A program made the translations under genes and the position numbers. From the IMG/VR virus record IMGVR_UViG_3300035080_000019: a DNA stretch of 64,000 bases. One strand, written 5' to 3'. This DNA comes from an uncultured virus (IMG/VR IMGVR_UViG_3300035080_000019). Lineage: Duplodnaviria > Heunggongvirae > Uroviricota > Caudoviricetes. Below are positions 56,441 to 64,000 of this stretch, piece after piece (positions within the stretch are counted from its first letter, which is position 1; the number at the start of each line of letters is the position of its first letter). The notes beneath the pieces are model-generated. The model searched no databases, was not told the DNA's origin, and saw only the letters and a list, made by a program, of their open reading frames with translations.

Positions 56441-56781
56441 TAGCCATGAACGCCTCTAACGGCCGCAGCATGTCCCTGCTGGACCACATCCGCCAGTGCG
56501 TGCGCGACATTCTCATGACGCCGCTGGGTAGCCGCATCTACCGCCGCAACTACGGTTCCGAAATCCCCGAACTGATCGACCAGCCGCTGAATGGCGTTAC
56601 CGTCATGCGCATCTATGCCGCCGTGGCCTATCGCCTGGCGCTATGGGAGCCGCGCATCTCGTTGTCGTCGGTCAATCTGAACCGGGATGCTACCGGCGCC
56701 GTGTCCGTGGTCTTGCAAGGCATCACCAACGGCCTGGCCGTCGAATTCTCTGTGCAGGTCCGGGAAGGGACGGTGCAATGA
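56437..56781 (+). CDS. Baseplate wedge, P2 gpW-like
   Basis: HI.Q.V.DIL.TP.GSR..RR.YGS, WEPRI motifs. Confidence 0.92.
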   Translation: MIAMNASNGRSMSLLDHIRQCVRDILMTPLGSRIYRRNYGSEIPELIDQPLNGVTVMRIYAAVAYRLALWEPRISLSSVNLNRDATGAVSVVLQGITNGLAVEFSVQVREGTVQ

Positions 56782-57701
56782 GTTCGCCTATCGATCTGTC
56801 GCTGCTGCCGGCGCCGCAAGTGCTGGAAACCCTCGATTACGAGACCATCCTCGCCAATCGCAAAGCGGCCGTCCTTGCACTGCTGCCGGAAGACCAGCGC
56901 GAAGCCGCCGCCAATGTGCTGTCTCTGGAGTCCGAGCCGGCCACCAAGCTGCTGCAAGAGAACGCCTATCAAGAGCTGTTGCTGCGCAACCGGGTGAACG
57001 ATGCCGCCAAGGCGGTCATGCTGGCATTCGCCATCGGTCCAGACCTCGATCAAATCGGCGCCAATACCAACGTCAAGCGCCTGGTGCTGGTCGAGGCTGA
57101 TCCTGATGCCTCGCCGCCCGTGGCCGAAGTGCTGGAAGGAGATGATGCCTACCGGCTGCGCATCCAGGAAGCACCCGACGCCTTATCGACGGCCGGGCCA
57201 CGCAATGCCTATGAATTCCACGCACGCAGCGCTGACGGCCGTGTGCTGGACGCGCGCGCTGTCAGCCCGGCGCCGTGCGAAGTCGTGGTGGCCGTCCTGG
57301 CCAACTCGGCCGACTGGCAAGCGCCGGCCGATCTGCTGGAGGCTGTCAATGCGGCGCTCTCGGCCGAGGATGTCCGACCGCTGGGCGATCTGGTTTCAGT
57401 CGTACAGGGCCAGGTCACGGACTATGAGTTGGAAGCGGTGGTCTATGTCGAGAAAGGCCCGGAAGCATCGATTGCGCTCAATGCCGCCAGGACAAACGCC
57501 GCAGTCATGGCCAAGCCGTTGCGCCCGCTCGGCTACAGCGTTTATCGCAATGCCTACGTGGCTGCGCTCAAGGTCGAAGGCGTGCGCAATGTCCTCGTGA
57601 AATCACCGGCCGCAGACATTCTGTGCGGCCGGACACAGGCCGCGCGCTGTACCGGCATTCGCATCACCGCCGAGGTACTGGAAGAGGTAGACCGTGTATA
57701 A
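56778..57701 (+). CDS. Baseplate protein, P2 gpJ-like
   Basis: IDLS.LPAP, ESEP..KLL, STAGP..AY.FHA, RPL.D motifs. Confidence 0.92.
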   Translation: MSSPIDLSLLPAPQVLETLDYETILANRKAAVLALLPEDQREAAANVLSLESEPATKLLQENAYQELLLRNRVNDAAKAVMLAFAIGPDLDQIGANTNVKRLVLVEADPDASPPVAEVLEGDDAYRLRIQEAPDALSTAGPRNAYEFHARSADGRVLDARAVSPAPCEVVVAVLANSADWQAPADLLEAVNAALSAEDVRPLGDLVSVVQGQVTDYELEAVVYVEKGPEASIALNAARTNAAVMAKPLRPLGYSVYRNAYVAALKVEGVRNVLVKSPAADILCGRTQAARCTGIRITAEVLEEVDRV

Positions 57702-58314
57702 CCCCGTCCCGACCTTGCCACCGAATACCACGCCCTTGGAGCGCGCCATTGCGCGTGCCTGTGCGGCTCTGGCCGACACTCCGGTACCCATTCGCGACCT
57801 GTGGAGTGCTGACCGTTGCCCGGTCGATCTGCTGCCCTTCCTGGCCTGGTCATTTTCTGTGGATCGCTGGGACGACGCTTGGCCAGAATCGATCAAGCGC
57901 GGCACCATCAAAGCCGCCCGCTATATCCACCAGCACAAGGGGACCATTGCCGCCGTGCGTGGCGTGGTCGAGTCCCTGGGCTACATCATCAAGATTCGTG
58001 AGTGGTGGCAGACCGAACCGCGCGGCCAGCGTGGCACCTTCGCGCTGGAAGTCGGTGTGCTGGACGCCGGCATTACCGATGAGATGTTCCTTGAAATGGA
58101 ACGCCTCATTGATGACGCCAAGCCGCTTTCTCGCCACCTGACGGGCTTGCGCATCCATTTGGAGGTCCGGGGCTCGCTCTTCGTCGGCACCTTTGCCCAG
58201 CTCGGCGAGACCGTCACGGTGTATCCCTGGACACCGGAGAGCATCGAGACCACTGGTGGCCCCTTCATCGGCTGTGCGGCTCACTTCATCGAAACCATGA
58301 CCATTTACCCATGA
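57694..58314 (+). CDS. Tail protein, P2 gpI-like
   Basis: LPPN.T.LE, LLP.LAW..SVD.WD, KGT..A, AKP.SRH motifs. Confidence 0.92.
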   Translation: MYNPVPTLPPNTTPLERAIARACAALADTPVPIRDLWSADRCPVDLLPFLAWSFSVDRWDDAWPESIKRGTIKAARYIHQHKGTIAAVRGVVESLGYIIKIREWWQTEPRGQRGTFALEVGVLDAGITDEMFLEMERLIDDAKPLSRHLTGLRIHLEVRGSLFVGTFAQLGETVTVYPWTPESIETTGGPFIGCAAHFIETMTIYP

Positions 58315-59534
58315 GCACTTATTTTTCTATCCCTACTGAGATTGGCGAGGCCAAGATTGCCAATGCCTTGGCGCTAGGCGTACCGCTAAAGCTGACGCAC
58401 ATGGGCGTGGGCGACGGTAACGGCGTGCTGCCGGTGCCAGACCGCAAGCAAGTTGCCCTGGTTCGGGAGCAACGTCGCTCACCGATCAATACGCTCGACA
58501 AAGATCCGAAGAACGCCAGTCAGATCATCATTGAGCAGGTTCTGCCTGCCGATGTGGGCGGTTGGTGGGTGCGTGAAATCGGCGTTTATGATGAGGCCGG
58601 CGACCTTTGCGCGGTCGCAAACTGTCCGCCAAGTTACAAGCCGGTTATCACCGAAGGTGCAGGGAAAGACCAGGTGGTGCGCGTGGTGCTGCTGGTGGCG
58701 AGCACTGCCGCTGTTGAGCTGAAGATTGACCCGGCTGTCGTACTGGCTACCCGGAAATACGCAGATGACGCCATCGTTGCTTACGCAGCGCCCAAGGGGC
58801 ATGTCCATGCGGACCTAGCCCCCCTGAAATCGCCCGCCTTCACGGGCTTGCCAACCACGCCCACGCCTGAGGCAGGAGCAAGTATTGAGCAAGTGACCAA
58901 TATCGAATTCGTCGCAGCGGCTATCGCCAAAGCCATCGGTGGCGTCATTCCGTTCTTTACGGCCATCCCCACGAAGAAAGTCGGCGATATCGTCATCGTC
59001 AAGGGCATCGGCATGATGGAATGGGCCGATGTCGCTGGCACTGGAGAATTTCACGGCTACCGTAGCTTGCGCTGCGGTTCCATTGAGTTCGGCACTACCT
59101 CCGCGCCACGCAGTTATGAAGCTGACCTCGTGGGCGGCCTGGGTTCCAAGAACAGCCAGGCTTCGATCTGGGCCTGGGCGCAGCAGAACGGTCATGCCGT
59201 ATCCGCCAGTAACTGGACACCCAAGGTCTTCAAATTCGCAGACGTGGACGCCAACACCTTCCGCTACCCCGACTTGCGCGATGTCTTCGCACGCTTCGCG
59301 GGCACCGATGCAGACACAGGGCAGGCAATGGCCCTGGGTTCGTACAAGGCTGACACGCTCAAGAATCACTATCACCCGACTGGCTACTGGGTTACCACCT
59401 TAGGCGGCCTGTACGGCACCAGTGCTGGCGGTACCTTCGCATCGTCCAATAACCCTGGGACTGTCACAGGTGGAAGCGGCTCGGCCGAAACTGCACCGAA
59501 ACATACCGTATTTATGCCTCGCATCCATATCTGA
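58311..59534 (+). CDS. Tail fibre, P2 gpH-like
   Basis: MGVGDGNG, GGWWVREIG, KIDPAVVLATR N-terminus; collar and ETAP tip. Confidence 0.92.
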   Translation: MSTYFSIPTEIGEAKIANALALGVPLKLTHMGVGDGNGVLPVPDRKQVALVREQRRSPINTLDKDPKNASQIIIEQVLPADVGGWWVREIGVYDEAGDLCAVANCPPSYKPVITEGAGKDQVVRVVLLVASTAAVELKIDPAVVLATRKYADDAIVAYAAPKGHVHADLAPLKSPAFTGLPTTPTPEAGASIEQVTNIEFVAAAIAKAIGGVIPFFTAIPTKKVGDIVIVKGIGMMEWADVAGTGEFHGYRSLRCGSIEFGTTSAPRSYEADLVGGLGSKNSQASIWAWAQQNGHAVSASNWTPKVFKFADVDANTFRYPDLRDVFARFAGTDADTGQAMALGSYKADTLKNHYHPTGYWVTTLGGLYGTSAGGTFASSNNPGTVTGGSGSAETAPKHTVFMPRIHI

Positions 59535-59535
59535 C

Positions 59536-59820
59536 ATGACACCGATTACTTGCTACCAGACCGACGACAGCGGCGTTTTCCTCCATACAGTAGCTGCTTA
59601 TCCCTTCCCGATGGAAGAGCGCCTCAACGTGCCGTACATGGCCGTCCAGATTGCGCCGCCTGAAGTGCCCGATGGCCACCGGGCGCGCTGGGTTTCTCCC
59701 TTCCAACCGATGGACCCGGAATACGACACTGCTGGCGAATGGATCATCGAAGAAATCCCGCCACCAGCACCGACAGAAGAACCTGAAGCGCCAGCCGAAG
59801 CCGCCCTGGCGCAAGCCTAA
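59536..59820 (+). CDS. Tail fibre assembly protein
   Basis: YQTD..G.F, NVP..A...APP motifs; homologous to 3904-4290. Confidence 0.75.
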   Translation: MTPITCYQTDDSGVFLHTVAAYPFPMEERLNVPYMAVQIAPPEVPDGHRARWVSPFQPMDPEYDTAGEWIIEEIPPPAPTEEPEAPAEAALAQA

Positions 59821-59844
59821 CCCAACTCAAAAGGAGCTATCCCT

Positions 59845-61023
59845 ATGGCAGCCGATTATCACCACGGCGTGCGCGTCATCGAAATCAACGAAGGCACGCG
59901 CCCCATTCGCACCGTCTCTACCGCTGTCATCGGCGTGATTGTCACGGCCGACGACGCCGATGTAGACGCCTTCCCCCTGGACACGGCCGTGCTCATCACC
60001 AACGTTGTCGCCGCCCAAGCCAAGGCCGGCAAGCGTGGCACCATGCGCCGCGTGCTGGAAGCCATCGCCGCCCAAGCCAAGCCCCTGGTTGTGCTGGTGC
60101 GCGTGGCCGAAGGCGCAGACGAAGCCGAGCAAACCAGCCTGGTCATCGGCGGCGTGTCGCCTGAAGGTCGCTATACCGGCGCCAAGGCACTGCTGGCGGC
60201 GCAATCCAAGCTGGGTATCAAGCCGCGCATCCTGGGCGCGCCGGGCTTGGATACTAAGGCAGTGACCAATGCGCTGGCCTCCCTTGCACAGACCCTGCGC
60301 GCCTTCGTGTATGCCTCCTGCTGGAATTGCGCGACGGTGGTCGCTGCGACCGCCTATCGTTCCGAGTTCGGCCAGCGTGAAGTCATGCTGATCTGGCCGG
60401 AATTCGTATCCTGGGACACGACCACCAGCAGCGATGCCAGCATCTCGGCCGTGGCCTACGCCCTGGGCTTGCGCGCCAAGATCGATGAGCAGACCGGCTG
60501 GCACAAGACCTTGTCCAACGTGGTGGTGAATGGCCCGACCGGTATCAGCCGCGACGTGTTCTGGGACTTGCAAGACCCGGCCACCGATGCCGGCGTACTC
60601 AATGCGAAGGAGGTCACCACCCTCATCAACATGAGCGGCTATCGCTTCTGGGGCTCGCGTACCTGCGAAATCCAGGGCGGGTTCTTCCCCTTCGAGAATT
60701 ACACCCGTACCGCGCAAGTGCTGGCCGATACCATTGCCGAAGCGCACATGGTTTACGTCGACCTGCCGATGACGCCCTCGCTGGTGAAGGATCTGGTGGC
60801 CAGCATCAATGCCAAGTTCCGTTCCCTGAAGGCCAGCGGCTACATCATCGACGGCGAGGCTTGGTTCGATGAACAGTTCAACGACAAGGACACCTTGAAG
60901 ACCGGCAAGCTGACCATCGACTACGGCTACACCCCGGTGCCCCCGGTGGAAAACCTGCTCTTCCAGCAGCGCATTACCGATCAATACCTGGCCGACTTCG
61001 CCGCGCGCGTCGCTGCCGCCTGA
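59845..61023 (+). CDS. Tail sheath, P2 FI-like
   Basis: YHHGVRV.E, PRILGAPG, GWHKTLSN, RFWGSRT motifs. Confidence 0.95.
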   Translation: MAADYHHGVRVIEINEGTRPIRTVSTAVIGVIVTADDADVDAFPLDTAVLITNVVAAQAKAGKRGTMRRVLEAIAAQAKPLVVLVRVAEGADEAEQTSLVIGGVSPEGRYTGAKALLAAQSKLGIKPRILGAPGLDTKAVTNALASLAQTLRAFVYASCWNCATVVAATAYRSEFGQREVMLIWPEFVSWDTTTSSDASISAVAYALGLRAKIDEQTGWHKTLSNVVVNGPTGISRDVFWDLQDPATDAGVLNAKEVTTLINMSGYRFWGSRTCEIQGGFFPFENYTRTAQVLADTIAEAHMVYVDLPMTPSLVKDLVASINAKFRSLKASGYIIDGEAWFDEQFNDKDTLKTGKLTIDYGYTPVPPVENLLFQQRITDQYLADFAARVAAA

Positions 61024-61080
61024 GCCTAGGTGGCCAGGTGCTGGCCGCCAGTTTTTTACCAATTTCAAGGAGCCATCAAT

Positions 61081-61590
61081 ATGGGTATGCCCCACAAACT
61101 GAAGGATTTCAACGTTTTCCAGAACGGTATCGACTATTCCGGGATTGCCACGGAAGTAACGTTGCCCAAGCTGTCGCGCAAGATGGAGGAATACCGCGCA
61201 GCCGGCATGTCCGGCCCGGTCTCGGCGGACCTGGGCCAGGAAGCCATGCAACTGGAATGGACGGCCGGTGGCCTGGTCAAGGAAGCGCTCAAGCAGTATG
61301 CCGCCAACACACACGGCGCCGTGCAACTGCGCTTCGCGGGCGCCTATCAGAGCGATGACGATGCATCCGTGCAGGCAGTCGAAATCACTGTGCGTGGCCG
61401 CTATAAAGAAGTGGATATGGGCAATGCCAAAAGTGGCGACGACACCTCGCACAAGTTCAGTATGCCTCTGAGCGCCTACAAGCTCACCATCGATAACGAG
61501 GTGATTTTCGATTTCGACTTCATGAACGGTATCGAAATCGTCGGCGGCGTGGACCGCCGCGCCGATATCCGCAAGGCCATCGGCCTGTAA
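61081..61590 (+). CDS. Tail tube, P2 FII-like
   Basis: P.KLK..N.F, LPKLSRK.E.YR..GM.G, LRFAGAYQ motifs. Confidence 0.93.
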   Translation: MGMPHKLKDFNVFQNGIDYSGIATEVTLPKLSRKMEEYRAAGMSGPVSADLGQEAMQLEWTAGGLVKEALKQYAANTHGAVQLRFAGAYQSDDDASVQAVEITVRGRYKEVDMGNAKSGDDTSHKFSMPLSAYKLTIDNEVIFDFDFMNGIEIVGGVDRRADIRKAIGL

Positions 61591-61649
61591 CCACCGGGCG
61601 GCATCAGGCCGCCTGGTTCTTCGATTTTTCTCTCTGACAAGGAAACGCC

Positions 61650-61967
61650 ATGACCACCACCACCCCCGCCAAGATCGAAACCGTTGTTGTCGAACTGGAC
61701 GAACCGCTCACGCGCGGCACTACCCAAATCACCGAACTCACCTTGCGCCGTCCGAAGTCCGGTGCCTTGCGTGGCGTGAGCTTGATGGATCTGATGAACA
61801 TGAACGTGAGCGCCCTGCAGGTGGTGCTGCCACGCATCAGCGAGCCGGCGCTGACGCAGTTCGACGTGGCCGCAATGGACCCGGCTGACCTGATCAAGTG
61901 CGGCATGGAAGTCTCTGTTTTTTTGGCACCGAAGGCGGACCGCGCCTTGGTCTCCCAATCGAAGTAG
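61650..61967 (+). CDS. Tail assembly chaperone, P2 gpE-like
   Basis: LD.P..RG, LRRP.SG.LRGVSL, LPRI..P.L motifs. Confidence 0.9.
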   Translation: MTTTTPAKIETVVVELDEPLTRGTTQITELTLRRPKSGALRGVSLMDLMNMNVSALQVVLPRISEPALTQFDVAAMDPADLIKCGMEVSVFLAPKADRALVSQSK

Positions 61968-62089
61968 AAGACGCAATGGCCGACATCGCGACGGTGTTCC
62001 ACTGGCCACCGGCCGCGATGGATGAGCTGGAACTAGCAGACCTCATGAAGTGGCGCGAGCGCGCCAGGGTACGAAGCGGGGCGGAATAG
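61918..62089 (+). CDS. -1 frameshift extension, P2 gpE'-like
   Basis: T7G run at 61918-61925; the -1 frame gives MADIATVFHWPP..M....L.DL..WRERA..RSG. Confidence 0.85.
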
Positions 62090-64000
62090 ATGGCAAACGA
62101 ACTGAAAATGCAGGTGGTTTTCTCGATGATGGAGAAAATCACCGCCCCGCTGAAGAAAATCTCCAGCGGCGCCAAAGATACCGGCAAGGCACTCAAAGAC
62201 ACCAGTGACCGCCTGCGCGAGCTGAACAAGCAACAGAACGACCTCAACGGCCTGCGCGAGCTGCACCAGGGAATGCGCAAGACCAGTGCCGAGCTGGCCA
62301 CCGCACAGCAGCGCGTTACCGATCTGGCGGCCAAGATGAAGGCCACCGAGAATCCTACTCGCGCCATGACGCGCGAATTTAACGCCGCAGTGCGCAGCGT
62401 CAAGTCGCTTCAGGAAGCCAGCGAGAAACAAGGTATCCAGTATCGTGCCTTGCGCGAGCGCCTGACCGACGCCGGCATTGGATCGCGCCAGCTCGCCAAC
62501 GCACAGACCTGGCTCAAGAACAGCATCGCCGCCACCAATGCCGAATTGGCCGACCAGCAGAAGAAGCTGACCGCCAGCCATCGTCAGCAGCAGGTCATGG
62601 CCAACGCTCGCCAGCGCGCCGACAAGCTGCGCAGCACGGCGGGTGGATTGGCTGCGGCCGGCGTGGGTGCTACCGCCAGCGGCGCGGCCGTGGGCGCGCC
62701 GCTCCTGGCCGGCTTGAAAGAGGCCAAGCACTACGAAACTGAGAATGGCCGGGTGCGTGCGCTCGGCCTGGGGCCGGCCGCGACCGCCGAAGCGATCAAG
62801 TTCGCGCGCGAGATGAAAACCTACGGCACCAGCCAGCTCGACAACCTGCAATTGCTGCGCGATGGCATCACCGCCTTTGGTGATACGCATCACGCCGAGA
62901 TGGTCGCCCCCATGATGGCCAAGATGAAATTCGGCAATCACGCCTTCTATGGCGAAGAGGAAGGCGCGGAGAACGAGCGCAAGTTCATGGACATGCTGAA
63001 GGTCATCGAAATGCGCAACGGCACCAAGGACATTGGTACGTTCTCCAAGCAGGCCAATATGGTGCAGCAGGTGCTGACCGCCACGGGCGGCCGGGTCGGC
63101 CCCGGTGAGTGGTTGAACCTGATCAAGACCGGTGGTATCGCGGCGAAGGGGCTCAAGGATGAATCCTTTTATTACCAGATGGAATCTCTGGTGCAGGAAA
63201 TGGGCGGTAACCGCGTAGGCACGTCCATGATGAGCGCTTACCAGAACCTGTACCAGGGCCGCACCACCAAGCGTTCCATTGCCATGCTGTCGGACCTGGG
63301 CCTGATTGGCGACCAATCCAAGGTGAAGCATGACAAGGCCGGCCAGGTCTCGTTCCTGAACCCCGGCGCCATCAAGGGCGCGGACCTCTTCCGCGAGAAT
63401 CAATTCGAATGGATGGAAAAGGTACTGTTGCCACAATTGGCCAGCAAGGGCATCACCGACGAAAAAGGCATCCTCGATGCCATCGGCGGGATTTTCTCGA
63501 ATCGCACGGCCGCGCAGCTCTTTTCGACGATGTACCAGCAGCGCGCGCAGATTCACAAAAACGAGAAACTGAACCGGGGCGCCGCCAATATCGACGAACT
63601 GGACAAGCTCGGGCGGGAAACGGCCAACGGCAAGGAATTGGAAACCCTGGCCAAGGTGGCTGACCTGAAGCTGGAGATGGGAACCAAGATACTGCCGCTC
63701 TATGCGTCCGGCCTGCAGATGGCCGCCAATGCCGTCCAGGCGCTATCGGGCTTCATGGAGCGCAACCCGACCACGGCCAAGGCCATGATTGTGGGTTTCA
63801 GCGCTATCGCCGCCATTCTGGTGGTGATGGGGCCGCTGATGCTGGCCCTGGCCTCCGTCATCGCTCCCTATGCCATGCTCCATGTCCTGTTCGCCAAGAT
63901 CGGCTTGCAGGGCAATCTGCTCATGCCCGTCCTGCGCGGCATCGGGACGGTCTTCATGTGGCTGGGACGCGTGTTCCTGATGAACCCGATTGGCCTGGCG
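62090..64000 (+). CDS. Tape measure protein, P2 gpT-like (3' end beyond the window)
   Basis: ATG at 62090 (MANELKMQVVFS..EKITAPLK); helical Ala-rich sequence; absent from the ORF track, consistent with no stop in the window. Confidence 0.85.
   Translation, partial: MANELKMQVVFSMMEKITAPLKKISSGAKDTGKALKDTSDRLRELNKQQNDLNGLRELHQGMRKTSAELATAQQRVTDLAAKMKATENPTRAMTREFNAAVRSVKSLQEASEKQGIQYRALRERLTDAGIGSRQLANAQTWLKNSIAATNAELADQQKKLTASHRQQQVMANARQRADKLRSTAGGLAAAGVGATASGAAVGAPLLAGLKEAKHYETENGRVRALGLGPAATAEAIKFAREMKTYGTSQLDNLQLLRDGITAFGDTHHAEMVAPMMAKMKFGNHAFYGEEEGAENERKFMDMLKVIEMRNGTKDIGTFSKQANMVQQVLTATGGRVGPGEWLNLIKTGGIAAKGLKDESFYYQMESLVQEMGGNRVGTSMMSAYQNLYQGRTTKRSIAMLSDLGLIGDQSKVKHDKAGQVSFLNPGAIKGADLFRENQFEWMEKVLLPQLASKGITDEKGILDAIGGIFSNRTAAQLFSTMYQQRAQIHKNEKLNRGAANIDELDKLGRETANGKELETLAKVADLKLEMGTKILPLYASGLQMAANAVQALSGFMERNPTTAKAMIVGFSAIAAILVVMGPLMLALASVIAPYAMLHVLFAKIGLQGNLLMPVLRGIGTVFMWLGRVFLMNPIGLA

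Larger units (their letters stand above)
42617..64000. mobile_element. P2/phiCTX-like prophage, morphogenesis region; left end may extend to 38.69 kb; continues beyond the window
   Basis: Q-P / O-N-M-L-X-lysis-R-S-V-W-J-I-H-G-FI-FII-E-E'-T order. Confidence 0.92.

Noticed and set aside
4347..59534. Diversity-generating retroelement or invertible fibre shufflon linking the two fibre tips
   Set aside because: No reverse transcriptase or DNA invertase in the window; the differences are not adenine-specific and no crossover inverted repeats were seen
59827..63556. Long minus-strand ORFs (541 aa and 507 aa) and similar shadow ORFs elsewhere, such as 5799-6812 and 17133-18308
   Set aside because: Antisense shadows of high-GC phage genes; no motifs or RBS support

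Overview
This is a GC-rich betaproteobacterial window (Burkholderiales-like, inferred from gene content) made almost entirely of two adjacent prophages. Prophage 1 (~1.33-38.69 kb, about 37.4 kb) looks intact. It has an HK97-type head, a Mu-like contractile tail, a GH19 lysis cassette, a lambdoid cI/cro/cII switch, a primase-helicase followed by an iteron array, and a large serine integrase. It is bounded by a 15-bp direct repeat that resembles the 3' end of tRNA-fMet, and the right copy lies inside the integrase coding sequence. Its repressor-controlled early operon carries a compact PRTRC-type ubiquitin-like conjugation cassette (E, Ubl C, F, E2-like B, JAB protease A, ThiF/E1) without ParB. 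The Ubl is encoded with a 62-aa extension after its GTKG motif. A lower-GC accessory block at 38.7-45 kb holds a PIN-like gene, a toxin-antitoxin-SecB chaperone (TAC) operon, a membrane protein, a P2-type cos with a LexA box, and a chemoreceptor. It leads into a P2/phiCTX-like morphogenesis region (Q to T) that runs off the right edge and carries an orphan tail-fibre-like moron between S and V. All calls come from motif recognition and synteny by eye; no database searches were run.
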